NCBI GenBank assembly: GCA_963702475.1
Contig: CAVPCT010000004.1
Span: 437,101 to 501,100 of the forward strand
From: an uncultured Thermoleophilia bacterium
GTDB taxonomy: Bacteria > Actinomycetota > Thermoleophilia > UBA2241
Reading direction: 5' to 3'
Length of the DNA stretch: 64,000 bases
In this document: positions 19,168 through 29,215 of the stretch, piece by piece
Numbering within the stretch: the stretch's first letter is position 1
How the letters are laid out: every line of letters starts with the position of its first letter
Notes under the pieces: generated by a model
What the model was told of the DNA's origin: nothing
The model's input: only the letters and a program-made list of their open reading frames with translations
The model's database searches: none
Program-made: the position numbers and the translations under genes

Positions 19168-20094
19168 ATGAGCGGGCAGGTGCTGCGCGTCGCCTGCGTA
19201 CAGATGAACACGCGCGACGACGTGGCCGCCAACGTGCGTGTCGCCGCCGAACTGGTCGAGGAGGCGGCAGCCGCCGGCGCCCGCCTCGTCGCGCTGCCGG
19301 AGACCTGGCTGTTCAAGGGCCGCAGTGAGGGCATCCGCGCGAGCGCGGAAGCCCCGGACGGCCCCGCCAACAGCCGGCTGGCGGCGCTGGCGGCCCGCCA
19401 CGACTTCTACGTGCTGGCGGGCTCCATCTACGAGCCCGCCGGAACGGACTGCAGGGTGTTCAACACGTGCGCCCTGTTCGGGCCGGACGGCGCCCTCGCG
19501 GCGGTCTACCGCAAGATGCACCTCTTCGACGTGACGGCGGGCGACAAGGTCTATCGCGAGTCTGACGACGTGGTCGCCGGCTCGGAGCTCGTGACGGCCG
19601 ACATCGCCGTCGGCGCCGCGCGCGGACCCGCCGGCTGCGAGCACCACGGGCCGGCCGGCGACGAGCAGGGCTCCCTGACGGCCGGCGCCGGGGAGGCGGC
19701 CGAGCCGTGCTCCGTGCGACTCGGTCTGACGATCTGCTACGACCTGCGCTTTCCCGAGCTGTATCGCAGCCTTGCGCTCCAGGGCGCCCAGGTGCTGTGC
19801 GTGCCGTCCGCCTTCACGGCGCACACCGGTGCGGCACATTGGGACGTGTTGCTGCGCGCCCGCGCCATAGAGAACGGCTGCTTCGTGATCGCTCCGGGCC
19901 AGGTCGGCGAGCATCTGCCCGGGCGCGGCTGCTACGGGCACACCATGATCGTCGACCCGTGGGGCACGGTCCTGTCCGAGCTGCACGACGGTATCGGCGT
20001 GTGCGTCGCCGATCTCGACCTCGCGCGCCTCGCCGGTGTACGCGCGCAGATCCCTTCGCTGGAGAACCGCCGGCCGGACGCGTACCGGCTGTAG
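19168..20094 (+). CDS. Carbon-nitrogen hydrolase (Nit1-like amidase)
   Basis: LPE, YRKMHLFD, ICYDLRFPE, LLRARAIEN, GHTMIVDPWG; carries a ~30-aa low-complexity insertion. Confidence 0.9.
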   Translation: MSGQVLRVACVQMNTRDDVAANVRVAAELVEEAAAAGARLVALPETWLFKGRSEGIRASAEAPDGPANSRLAALAARHDFYVLAGSIYEPAGTDCRVFNTCALFGPDGALAAVYRKMHLFDVTAGDKVYRESDDVVAGSELVTADIAVGAARGPAGCEHHGPAGDEQGSLTAGAGEAAEPCSVRLGLTICYDLRFPELYRSLALQGAQVLCVPSAFTAHTGAAHWDVLLRARAIENGCFVIAPGQVGEHLPGRGCYGHTMIVDPWGTVLSELHDGIGVCVADLDLARLAGVRAQIPSLENRRPDAYRL

Positions 20095-20156
20095 GCCACG
20101 GTCCGCGCCGACCGGGGCCTCTCGGTGCCACCATGGCCGGCCGACGGCCGGCGATG

Positions 20157-21065
20157 TCAGCCGCGCGCGTCGACGCGATTGAGGAACGCGTCCACGACGG
20201 CGAGGAACGTCGCCGGCTCTTCCACGTGCGGGAAGTGCGAACTCTGCTCGAAGACGTGCAGCTGGGCCCCTGCGATCCCGTCACGCAGCAGCTCGGCCAG
20301 CGCCGGAGTGGCCTCGTCGTGCCGGCCGCAGAGGACGAGGGTCGGGGTGTCGATCTCCCACAGGCGGCCAGTGACGTCCCAGGTCCTCAACGTCCCCGTC
20401 GCGTTGAACTCGTTCGGGCCCCACATGGTGGAGTAGACCTCGGGGTCTTCCTCCATCCTGGCGAAGGCTCGCTGCACGAACTCCGGCCACGGACGTACGC
20501 GGCAGACGTGTCGCTCGTAGAACGCCATCAATGCGGTCTGGTACTCCTCGCTGTCGAGGTCGCCCTCGGCCTCGTGACTGTCGAGGACGTCCTGGACGTC
20601 CTGTGGGAGCCCTGTACGGAGGCGGGCGGTCTCCCGGATCCAGGCGGGCATGCTGGGCGACGTGTCGGCAAGGACGAGACTTGCGAGGCCGGGAGGGCGG
20701 CGCAGCGCGTAGTCGAGGGCGAACATCCCGCCCCACGACTGCCCGAGGACGTGTATCCGCTCGAGTCCGAGCTGCCGACGGAGGTCGTCGAGTTGCTCGA
20801 CGAAGAGGTCGACGGTCCACAGCGACGGGTCGTGCAGGTGCGTGGAGTCACCGCATCCCAGCTGGTCGTAGAAGACGATGGCGCGTCCGTCGTGCGCCAG
20901 GGCGGCGAGCGGGTCGAGGTACTCGTGAGGGATGCCAGGGCCTCCGTGGAGCACCACGAGAGGAGGCTCGCCCGTCACGGCGCCGACGACCCTGTACCAG
21001 GTGTGCCACTCCTTGAAGGCGATGCGCCCCTCCGCGCTCACCGCGTTGCCCACAGGGTTGTCCAT
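20157..21065 (-). CDS. Proline iminopeptidase-family alpha/beta hydrolase
   Basis: LHGGPG, YDQLGCG, GQSWGG, MWGPNEF, GRHDE, SSHFPH. Confidence 0.9.
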   Translation of the reverse strand: MDNPVGNAVSAEGRIAFKEWHTWYRVVGAVTGEPPLVVLHGGPGIPHEYLDPLAALAHDGRAIVFYDQLGCGDSTHLHDPSLWTVDLFVEQLDDLRRQLGLERIHVLGQSWGGMFALDYALRRPPGLASLVLADTSPSMPAWIRETARLRTGLPQDVQDVLDSHEAEGDLDSEEYQTALMAFYERHVCRVRPWPEFVQRAFARMEEDPEVYSTMWGPNEFNATGTLRTWDVTGRLWEIDTPTLVLCGRHDEATPALAELLRDGIAGAQLHVFEQSSHFPHVEEPATFLAVVDAFLNRVDARG

Positions 21066-21226
21066 CTCCGCCTCCTTCACCGGTGCCGACGGCCGGCCGC
21101 GCGGGCGCGCGCCCGGGAGGGACTCTACCGGTGCTTCCGGGAGTACGCCACTGCGTATCGATGTTGCGGGCGCCACCGGCGGAGTCGCGCGGGCCGTCGC
21201 CGCGCGGTGCGCACCGGGTGACGGGC

Positions 21227-22135
21227 TCAGGTGGCGGCCGTACGCCTGTCGGCCAGCCGCCGTCGCACGAACGCGACGATGACGCCGACCACGAAGCCGG
21301 CGAGCGCCCCGGCGGCCACGTTGAGCGTCGTGCTGGGCCCGCTCGGGGAGTCCGGCGGCAGAGCCTCATGCAGCACGCGTGGCTGCTCCACCTGCTGCGC
21401 GGAGAACAGCAGCAGCTCGGTCTTCTGGTTGGCCGACGCCAGAGCCTCCGTCTCGGTGGCGGCAGCTTGGACGACGGCCATGTAGGGCGCCGCCGCGAGG
21501 GCCTTCTCGGAGTCGCTGCCTCCGCCCTGGGCGATGTCCAGCAGGGCCTTCTGGGCCGCCGCGCTGCGTGCTCCGGCGGCGGCCATGGCCTTCTCGCCTT
21601 GCTCCAGCTGCGCCTCGAGCAGCGCGATCTTGCCGTCGACCCCGGGGCTGATGCGCGCCACGAGCACCTCGGCCAGCGCGTTGGCAGCGGCCGCGGCGCG
21701 TGCCGGCTTGGTGTCGGTCACCGTGATGACGACGATGTTCACCACCGAGGTGGAGGTCTTCACCGTCGAGGATGGTGTGACCACCGTTGTGCGCTTGCGC
21801 AGGAACCCGGCCGAGATGTCCATGCCCGTCTTCTCGGCCGCCTCCTTGAGCACCGTCTGGCTCAACAGCAGCTGCGTGGCGGCCTTGGAGTTGGAGTTCA
21901 GGCCGGCCATGGGGTTGCCGTTGGCGTCGGTGGTCTGGCCGATGTAGACGGACGAGGTGGCGCTGTACTGCTTGGGGGACGCAAGGGTGACGACTCCCCC
22001 GACCACGGCTCCCAGCGCGAGCAGGCCAAGGATGACCCACCAGTTGTGCAGCAGGGTGGCGAACCAGCCGCCTATGTCGATGGAGGTGCCGGGTTCTGAG
22101 GGTGACGCGGGAGGAGCGTCGGTGTCGGTGCTCAT
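21227..22135 (-). CDS. Wzz-like polysaccharide chain-length determinant
   Basis: N- and C-terminal TMs flanking a coiled region, YSATSSVY, Pro-rich segment before the last TM; last gene of the polysaccharide operon. Confidence 0.75.
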   Translation of the reverse strand: MSTDTDAPPASPSEPGTSIDIGGWFATLLHNWWVILGLLALGAVVGGVVTLASPKQYSATSSVYIGQTTDANGNPMAGLNSNSKAATQLLLSQTVLKEAAEKTGMDISAGFLRKRTTVVTPSSTVKTSTSVVNIVVITVTDTKPARAAAAANALAEVLVARISPGVDGKIALLEAQLEQGEKAMAAAGARSAAAQKALLDIAQGGGSDSEKALAAAPYMAVVQAAATETEALASANQKTELLLFSAQQVEQPRVLHEALPPDSPSGPSTTLNVAAGALAGFVVGVIVAFVRRRLADRRTAAT

Positions 22136-22232
22136 GGCGTCCTGTCCGTCGGGGTCGTCCGGGTCATGTTACCGCAGGCGGCGCGCGCGGCGCAGCGGGC
22201 GGCGCGCGTCGGCCTGCGCAGTGCCTCCGGGC

Positions 22233-23477
22233 TCAGTGACGGTGAGCGGCGCGCACGCGTTCGAGGAGCTCGAGGTAGTCGTGGGCGAGCACGCGCCGGT
22301 CGAAGTGCTCCAGCACGTACCGGCGCCCCGCCTCGCCCATGCGCGCGCAGGCTGCGCGGTCGTCCGCCAGACGGACGGCGGCCGCGGCAAGCTCGGCGTC
22401 GTTGGACGGCTCGAACGCGACGCCGCAGGCGGCCTCGTCGAGCATCGCCCGGGCGTCGCCCTCGAAGCCGAGCAGGATGGGCTTCTCCATGGCCGCGTCC
22501 TCGAAGAACTTGCTCGGCAGGATCGTGGAGAAGAGCTCCTGCTTGCGGAAGTGCACGAGGCAGGCGTCGCTGCTGGCGAGGTAGCGGGGCAGGTCGGCGC
22601 GCGGCACCAGGCCGGTGAAGACGACGTTGTCCAGGCCTTCGGCGCGAGCCCGCCGCTCCAGCTCCTCGCGCACGGCGCCGTCGCCCACGAGCAGGAAGGC
22701 GATGCCCGCGCGGCCCTGCGCCTTCAGGCGCGCCGCCGCGCCCAGCGCGACCTCGAGCCCGCTCGCCATGCCGATGGTGCCGGCGAACGTGATCACGAAC
22801 GTGTCCGGCGCGAAGCCCAGCTGCGCGCGCAGCTCCGCGTCCGGCGGCCGCGGCGTGAACAGGTCGGCGTCCACGCCGTTGGTGACCACGGACACCTTCT
22901 CGGGCGCGACACCCTTGCGGATCATGTTCTGGCGGTAGCCTTCGCCGACCGCCACGATGTGGTCGGCCCCGTCGTAGAGCGCCTTCTCCAGCCGTTCGAG
23001 GGCGCGGACGATGCGGCCCTCCGTGAGCGCGCCGACGGCGGTGATGGAGTCGGGCCAGATGTCGCGGATCTCCAGGACGAACGGCGCGCCGTGGGCGCGC
23101 GCCACCGGCCAGCCCGCCCAGCCGGCGAAGAACTGCGGGCTGGTGGCGATCACGACATCGGCCTTGGGGCGGATGAGCGGGCCGGCCGCGCCGGCCGCGG
23201 CCAGGTACGACAGGTAGTTGAGGCCGCGGCGCGCGCGGCCGCGGTTGGCCGCCAGGTACGTCCACACGCGGACCGTGCGGACGCCGTCGATCCACTCCTC
23301 CTGGTACGGCCTGTTCTGATAGCCCTCGTACACGACGCCGGCCGGCACGTTGGGCGCGCAGGTCAGCACCGTCACACGGTGCCCCGCGCGCGCCCACTCC
23401 TTCGCCATGGCGTGCACGCGCGCGGCCGGGGCGTTGTTCTCCGGTACGAAATAGTGGCTGAGGAAGAGGATGTGCAT
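22233..23477 (-). CDS. GT4 glycosyltransferase (WbuB-like)
   Basis: HYFVPE, VIATSPQFF, EIRDIWPDS, NGVD, PSKFFE. Confidence 0.88.
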   Translation of the reverse strand: MHILFLSHYFVPENNAPAARVHAMAKEWARAGHRVTVLTCAPNVPAGVVYEGYQNRPYQEEWIDGVRTVRVWTYLAANRGRARRGLNYLSYLAAAGAAGPLIRPKADVVIATSPQFFAGWAGWPVARAHGAPFVLEIRDIWPDSITAVGALTEGRIVRALERLEKALYDGADHIVAVGEGYRQNMIRKGVAPEKVSVVTNGVDADLFTPRPPDAELRAQLGFAPDTFVITFAGTIGMASGLEVALGAAARLKAQGRAGIAFLLVGDGAVREELERRARAEGLDNVVFTGLVPRADLPRYLASSDACLVHFRKQELFSTILPSKFFEDAAMEKPILLGFEGDARAMLDEAACGVAFEPSNDAELAAAAVRLADDRAACARMGEAGRRYVLEHFDRRVLAHDYLELLERVRAAHRH

Positions 23478-23567
23478 CGGCTCATCCGGCGGGCGGGCCA
23501 GCGCAGCCGCGCCCGCCTGTCAATGTCACTGTGCGGTGTCGCTCCGCTGCCCCGCACGATGGTGCAG

Positions 23568-24620
23568 CTACGCCGACCATTCGTCCCAGAACACCTGATC
23601 GTAGTACCGCACCGAGCGCCGCGAGAAGCGCACCCGCGACTCGATCTCGGCCACGTCCTCCGCACCGAGCTCGCCGACAGCGTACTTGATGCCCAGGTAC
23701 GGGATGATGAAGTCCTCCTGGTAGACGAACGTGCTCACGCGCGGGTTGATCTCCAGCAGCTTGCCGCCGATCCACTGCACGCTCTGGTAGTAGTCCAGCT
23801 CCAGATGCCGCACGACCTTGCGCGTGAGCTCCACGAGGTCGGGCCGGTCGATCGTCTTGAACGCCATCGCCAGACCGGTGAGGAACTCCTCGCGGGTGCG
23901 CGTCTGGTGGAACACCACCTCGCCCTTGTCGGCGAACAGGTCGACGGTGATCTCCGGCGCGTCCACGTACTCCATGAGCATGAGGTCCGGGAACGGCTCG
24001 TACTCGCGGAACAGCTCGACGAAGTCGTCCAGGGTCATGTAGCGATTGATGGGCTTCTCGTAGAGGAGCTCGCGCACGCGGTCGATGTGCGCGGAGAGGA
24101 TGCGGAAGCCGCGCGAGCCCTTGGCCACCGGCGGCTTGAAGCACACCGGGACGTCGGGGTAGCCGAGCTGCTCGGCGCCGGCGACGAACTGCTCGAGGGT
24201 CGCCGGCCGGATGAGCTGAGGCTGCGGCACCGGGATCTCGCTGCAGGCGGCGTGCATGAGCGCCTTGTCGCTGGCGATCTCGATGCCGCGCACGCCGTCG
24301 GCCATGACCTTCGCGCCGAGCTCCTCGAACGCCTCGCGGTGGCGCGCCACCGTCTCGATCTCGTGCGAGGACTGGACGAACAGGATGTCCGGGTGCTCGC
24401 GCTCGACGACCTCCGCCAGGCCGGCGATGTAGTCGGGCGAGTCGCCCGCCGGTACCAGGCTGAAGCCGTCGCAGAGAAAGCGCCCGACGGCGTCGGGGCG
24501 CATGTCTACCCCGTGGATGACGATCTCGCGCTCGCCGTTGGCCTTCAGCATGCGGATCAGGGTGCTGGCGCCGGGGCAGCCGGCGGCGGTGAGGACGAGC
24601 TTGAGCGGTGGCAGGGTCAT
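23568..24620 (-). CDS. ATP-grasp domain protein
   Basis: LTAAGCPG, SDK, FKPPVAKGSRGF, MEYV..EITVD, LEINPR. Confidence 0.85.
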   Translation of the reverse strand: MTLPPLKLVLTAAGCPGASTLIRMLKANGEREIVIHGVDMRPDAVGRFLCDGFSLVPAGDSPDYIAGLAEVVEREHPDILFVQSSHEIETVARHREAFEELGAKVMADGVRGIEIASDKALMHAACSEIPVPQPQLIRPATLEQFVAGAEQLGYPDVPVCFKPPVAKGSRGFRILSAHIDRVRELLYEKPINRYMTLDDFVELFREYEPFPDLMLMEYVDAPEITVDLFADKGEVVFHQTRTREEFLTGLAMAFKTIDRPDLVELTRKVVRHLELDYYQSVQWIGGKLLEINPRVSTFVYQEDFIIPYLGIKYAVGELGAEDVAEIESRVRFSRRSVRYYDQVFWDEWSA

Positions 24621-24669
24621 GCGGTCTCCGGGGCGGTCGCGGCGGGCGGGCGCGGGTCGACGGCGGGCG

Positions 24670-25308
24670 TCAGAGGATCCAGCGGTAGACCTCGAAGACC
24701 TCGGCGTAGTCGCAGCCGATGTTGATGCCTCGCGTGAGGGCCACGTTGCGGATGTAGTCTTCGTTGAGGTAGTTGCGGTGGCCCTGGCTGGCGTAGCACG
24801 ACAGGGCCTCGACCTTCTTCTCGATGTGGCGCTCCTCCAGCCGCACGTAGGCCTGCTGCGAGAAGTTGAGGTTGTTCCACGGGATCTCGTAGGCCAGGAC
24901 GGTGGTGCGCTTGAAGGCGCGCAGGCCCTCCTCGGCGATGGTCTTGTGGTCCTGGTGCAGGTCGATGAGCGCCGGCATGAACACGCAGTCCGGGTCCAGC
25001 TCGCGCTGGAGGACGATCATCTCTTCGAGGATGTCCTGGCGCATGGTCGGGAAGGTGCGGACCTCGAAGTCGTAGACCTTGAGGTCGGCCGGGTCGATAC
25101 CCAGCACGCCGGTGGCGGCGCGGACCTCGTGCTTGAGCACGTCCTTCGGGAAGCCCTCTGGGACGCTCTTGGCGGCGGTGCTGAAGGCGGCGTACGTGAC
25201 CTTGACGCCGCTCTCGATGAGGCGCGCCATGGTGCCGCCGCAGCCGAACTCGCCGTCGTCGGTGTGCGGGGCGAGGACCAGCACGTTCTGGAACCGCTCG
25301 ATGGTCAC
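24670..25308 (-). CDS. PIG-L/LmbE family N-deacetylase
   Basis: APHTDDGEFGCGG and DLHQDH zinc motifs; KKVEALSCYASQ. Confidence 0.9.
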   Translation of the reverse strand: MTIERFQNVLVLAPHTDDGEFGCGGTMARLIESGVKVTYAAFSTAAKSVPEGFPKDVLKHEVRAATGVLGIDPADLKVYDFEVRTFPTMRQDILEEMIVLQRELDPDCVFMPALIDLHQDHKTIAEEGLRAFKRTTVLAYEIPWNNLNFSQQAYVRLEERHIEKKVEALSCYASQGHRNYLNEDYIRNVALTRGINIGCDYAEVFEVYRWIL

Positions 25309-25348
25309 GTGAGGGACTCGCTCCGGTCGGTCGCCGGGTGGGCCGCCG

Positions 25349-26482
25349 TCAGGCGAGCCCGGCGCACAGCGAACCGTAGAAGTCTACCAAATCGCCCTCG
25401 ACGGCCTCCCAGCTGTAGCGGCGCGCGACCGCCTCACGGCCGCGCGCGCCCATCGCCGGAAGCTCGGCGCGGGCGGCGAGCAGGCGGCGGACGCCGTCCA
25501 GGTGGCCCGCCTCCGTCGGTGGGACAGCCAGGCCGCAGCCCTCGCCGCGCACCAGGTCGCCGCGCCCGGGCATGTCGCTGACCAGCGCGGCGAGGCCGAC
25601 TGTCATCCCCTCGAGGAGCTTGGTCGGGATGGTCGGGTGGCTGTACTGCCGGTCCGGCTGAGAAGGCACCCACACGACATCGGCGGCCGCCAGATAGCGC
25701 GGCAGCTCCGGCGGCGGGATGCGTCCGAGCAGCTTCACGCGGCCGCAGAGGCCTGCGGCCAGGCGCTCGCGCACCTCCGCCTCGAGCGCCGCCTCGTTGA
25801 ACGTGCCGCCGAGATACAGGACCGCGTCGTCGGGTCCCAGCTGCGCCATGACGTCGAGCATCATGGTGCAGCCACGAGCGCGCGACAGGCTGCCTACGTA
25901 CACGAGCTTGAGGCGCCTGTCCGCGACGAGCCCTGGCACCGGCACCGCGCCGGAGAAGCGTTCCGCGCGCGGGTAGTTCGGCAGCACGAGCCGGAGCTTC
26001 GGCGTGCTGCCGAGCGCCTTCAGCTGATCCTCGACCACGACGACCACGCCGGCGCCTAGGGCCGCCAGGCGTTTCTGCGCGACGGCCGTGGTCTGCGACG
26101 CCACCGGCCGCACCTTCCCGGGGATGTACGGCTTGCTCGCCACGGCCTCCGGGACGTACTCGTGCATGTCGTACACGAGGCGCGGGACCATGGCCCTGGC
26201 CGCCGGGAACAGCGTGAGCAGCTCCGGGTCGTGCACGTGCAGCACGTGCGGCCGCAGGGTCCGCAGCGCCTTGAGGATGTCGGCCGAGCTCAAGAAGCGC
26301 GTCGAGCGGCCGCGCTCGGGGAGCGGCGCCAGCAGCACGCCGGCGTCGTCCTGCGCGTGCGGCGCGCCGGGCGCCATGTACATGACCTGGTAGCCGGCCT
26401 CCGCCAGCGTGCGGCACTCGCGCTCGCAGATGCGGGGGTCGTCCGGCTTGTGGACCACGCTGAGGTGCAGGACGCGGCTCAC
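25349..26482 (-). CDS. GT4 glycosyltransferase
   Basis: HLSVVHKPDDPRI, HVHDPELL, YDMHE, YVGSLSRARG, PTKLLEGM; GTG overlaps the upstream stop. Confidence 0.85.
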   Translation of the reverse strand: MSRVLHLSVVHKPDDPRICERECRTLAEAGYQVMYMAPGAPHAQDDAGVLLAPLPERGRSTRFLSSADILKALRTLRPHVLHVHDPELLTLFPAARAMVPRLVYDMHEYVPEAVASKPYIPGKVRPVASQTTAVAQKRLAALGAGVVVVVEDQLKALGSTPKLRLVLPNYPRAERFSGAVPVPGLVADRRLKLVYVGSLSRARGCTMMLDVMAQLGPDDAVLYLGGTFNEAALEAEVRERLAAGLCGRVKLLGRIPPPELPRYLAAADVVWVPSQPDRQYSHPTIPTKLLEGMTVGLAALVSDMPGRGDLVRGEGCGLAVPPTEAGHLDGVRRLLAARAELPAMGARGREAVARRYSWEAVEGDLVDFYGSLCAGLA

Positions 26483-27954
26483 CGAAACGCTCCCCCGGCG
26501 CGCCAGCGTGCCACGATGTCGCCGGCGGAGGTGAGCAGGGCGCCCTGTGCGAGCAGCCTGTCCACGAGCCGCCAGTAGACTGCGTCGTAGCCGCGCGAGA
26601 CGCGCGGGTCGAAGCGGTTGTTGTGCCAGAGCAGGCTGACCGCCCCGCCGCTGCGCCGGGCGCGGGCGAGCACGGTGCGCGCTGCCGATTCCGCCTGCAC
26701 GGCGTCCAGGCTTCGGTAGTGCGGCTCCTGCAGCGTGCCGTCCATCACGGCGAGGGGCAGCTCGACGAGGTCGAGTGGACGCTCCTCGGCCAGGGAGTAC
26801 GGCTGGAAGGGGAACGAGCACCCGCAGCGGAACCCCTCGTGCTCGGCGAACGCCAGACTGGTGTCGTAGCTGAATCCGGCCTGTTCGAGGAACGGCAGGG
26901 TCTCGTGGTAGAGGCAGCGGAGGTAGTGGTAGCGCATGCCGTGGATCTCGGCCCGCGCCGACCTCGCGAGCAGGGCGCGGTCGTCCACCAGGGGGTCCAC
27001 GCCGAGCCGGTCGGCGTCGTTTCCGTGCAGGCCGATCTCCCTGCGGTGGCGGGCGAGCAGGGCGAGTGCCTCCGGGATCCTGCTGCGGTAGGTCTCGGGC
27101 TGGTTGCCGTCGCGCTTGTGCGTGTGCCGGGCGATGACGAAGAACGTCGAGGTGATGCCCCTGCCATCCTCGCCGCCGAGGATCTGCGGGAACGTCCAGA
27201 ACGGGTCGGTGCCGCGCGGCAGATGCCTGATGAGCCAATCGCTGAGGTCACCGAGCTCACGCCCCACGCCCGAGGAGCTGCGCGCCCTGACGGCGCGGAG
27301 CGTGCGGTAGCCCGATGCCGCAAGGCCGCGCCGGGTCCATCGCCAGAGGTTGTCGACGTCATGGGTGAGGGCGACGGCGAACCGCTGGTCGGGTCCCCAG
27401 ACCCAGCCGGGATCGGGCAGCGGATCGAGGCCGAGCGCCGCAAGTCGCGGAGCCAGGACGGCGCGGAGGATCTCCACGTAGCGGTCCACAGCCGGGTCGT
27501 CGATGGCCAGGGCCGGCTGCGTGGCGAAGATGCTCGTCTCGTACGGCAGGCGGCCGTGCTTGTCGCGCTCGGCTGTCGTGTGCTCGTCCCAGCAGGCGAG
27601 CAGGACGAAGGCCGACGCGACGAGGTCGGCCGGGACGGCGAAGCCGGATTCCCGGCCGGCCGGCCACGCCGAGACCGAGTACACGGGGCCGGCGCCGCAG
27701 CCGGCGAACACTCCGGCCGGGAGCGGCCGCCCGGCCGCCAGGAGCTCGACGGCGCCGGCGTCGCACGGGATCGTGGGCACGCCGGCGACCGGCTCCGGCG
27801 CGTACGCCAGAGCGGCGCCGCCGGCCTGCGCCCGGTCGCGGGTGACCGCGACCCGGCGCCCGAGCGGCGCCAGCAGCGTCTCGAGCACCCAGGCGGCGCG
27901 CGGCGCGAAGCTCTCCGGCGCGCCGACGAAGACGCTGAGCGCGGGCGAGCTCAC
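26479..27954 (-). CDS. Polysaccharide deacetylase-family (CE4-like) protein with N-terminal accessory domain
   Basis: DKHGR, ALTHDVD, STFF, EIGLHG, RYHYL, YDTSL, GFRCG, LWHN. Confidence 0.8.
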   Translation of the reverse strand: MSSPALSVFVGAPESFAPRAAWVLETLLAPLGRRVAVTRDRAQAGGAALAYAPEPVAGVPTIPCDAGAVELLAAGRPLPAGVFAGCGAGPVYSVSAWPAGRESGFAVPADLVASAFVLLACWDEHTTAERDKHGRLPYETSIFATQPALAIDDPAVDRYVEILRAVLAPRLAALGLDPLPDPGWVWGPDQRFAVALTHDVDNLWRWTRRGLAASGYRTLRAVRARSSSGVGRELGDLSDWLIRHLPRGTDPFWTFPQILGGEDGRGITSTFFVIARHTHKRDGNQPETYRSRIPEALALLARHRREIGLHGNDADRLGVDPLVDDRALLARSARAEIHGMRYHYLRCLYHETLPFLEQAGFSYDTSLAFAEHEGFRCGCSFPFQPYSLAEERPLDLVELPLAVMDGTLQEPHYRSLDAVQAESAARTVLARARRSGGAVSLLWHNNRFDPRVSRGYDAVYWRLVDRLLAQGALLTSAGDIVARWRAGGAFR

Positions 27955-27997
27955 GGCGCCGTCACCGAACCCGCGCGGGTCGCCGTGCGAGCGCCGC

Positions 27998-29215
27998 TCA
28001 CACGTCGGCCCTCGCCCGCGGCGCCCTCGTCACGATCTGCTTCGCCACGGTCCAGGCGTTGAGGAGGCCGGGCACCGGGTCGGCGAGCGAGTGCAGGCCG
28101 TCCATGCGCGTGCCGCGCAGCGACCTCACGTACTCGACGGGGTCGCGCTCGCGCTTGGCGATCTCGAGCAGCGCCAGCGGCACGTCCTTGTTCACGACGA
28201 TCCACTTGACGCCGTCGATCTGGCGGGGCGCCAGGTACGGCCGGCCGATGGCGTCGCTGTAGGCCGCGAACGACAGGTTCACGCCGCAGGCGGCGGCCAG
28301 ACCGTGCCACTTCCAGTGACGGGCGTTGACCTCCATGAGGCAGAAGCGCCCGTCGCGCGGGTCGCGCTTGAACTCCACCTGGCTCACGCCGTGGAAGTGC
28401 AGCTCCTGCAGCAGGCGCAGGCCGGCGTCGGCCAGGCCGGCGTCCCAGCGGCTCACGCCGGCGAGGCAGCTGCCGCCGGCGTGCGGGTACTGACGGAGCT
28501 TGTGGCCGGTGAACACTGCCAGTGGCCGCGAGCCGGCATCCAGGTACGAGCCCACGGTCCACAACTCGTGCTCACCTCCGGGGATGCGCTCCTGCAGCAT
28601 CAGCACGCCGAGGTCGTCGACCTTGTCGTAGATGCGCTGCAGGTCGGAGGGGGTCTGGACGTCGAGGATGTGGCGGTGAAAGCGCAGCTTGAACGCCAGC
28701 GACTCGACGGGCTTGAGCACCGCCGGGAACCGTACCTCGCCGGCGGCCGCCTCCAGCTCCGCGCCTGAGCCGACGAACATCGTCTTCGGTGTGTCGACGC
28801 CCACGCGCCAGGCCGCCTCCATCTGGGCGCGCTTGTCGTGTACGCGCTGCATGGCGTCCCAGCGCGAGAACGGCACGATGTACCAGGGCGCGAGCCGCTC
28901 GGCGTGACGCGACAGCGGCCAGATGTACTCGTCGTGGCTGGGAAAGACCACGGCCCGCTGCGGCAGGCGCGGGCCGAGCGTCTCCAACCAGGTGACGAAG
29001 GCCTCCTCGTCGGCGAGCGGGTCGGGGCAGACCATAGCGGCGGCGAAGCGCGAGCGCAGGCCGATGGCGGCCGGGTCGGCGTCGAGGGCGAAGACCGGCA
29101 CGCCGTGACGGCCGCCCAGGTCGCGCACGATGTCCAGGCCGCAGGCGTAGCTGACCTGGAACACGGCGGCGGGCGGCTGCGCGGCCGCCGCCTTCAGGAT
29201 CGTGTCGACCCTCAC
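27998..29215 (-). CDS. ATP-grasp carboxylate-amine ligase (D-aspartate-ligase-like), paralog 2
   Basis: FPSHD, DKRAQ, FPAVLKP, QERIPGG, KLRQYP, VEFKRDPRDG, MEVNAR. Confidence 0.82.
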   Translation of the reverse strand: MRVDTILKAAAAQPPAAVFQVSYACGLDIVRDLGGRHGVPVFALDADPAAIGLRSRFAAAMVCPDPLADEEAFVTWLETLGPRLPQRAVVFPSHDEYIWPLSRHAERLAPWYIVPFSRWDAMQRVHDKRAQMEAAWRVGVDTPKTMFVGSGAELEAAAGEVRFPAVLKPVESLAFKLRFHRHILDVQTPSDLQRIYDKVDDLGVLMLQERIPGGEHELWTVGSYLDAGSRPLAVFTGHKLRQYPHAGGSCLAGVSRWDAGLADAGLRLLQELHFHGVSQVEFKRDPRDGRFCLMEVNARHWKWHGLAAACGVNLSFAAYSDAIGRPYLAPRQIDGVKWIVVNKDVPLALLEIAKRERDPVEYVRSLRGTRMDGLHSLADPVPGLLNAWTVAKQIVTRAPRARADV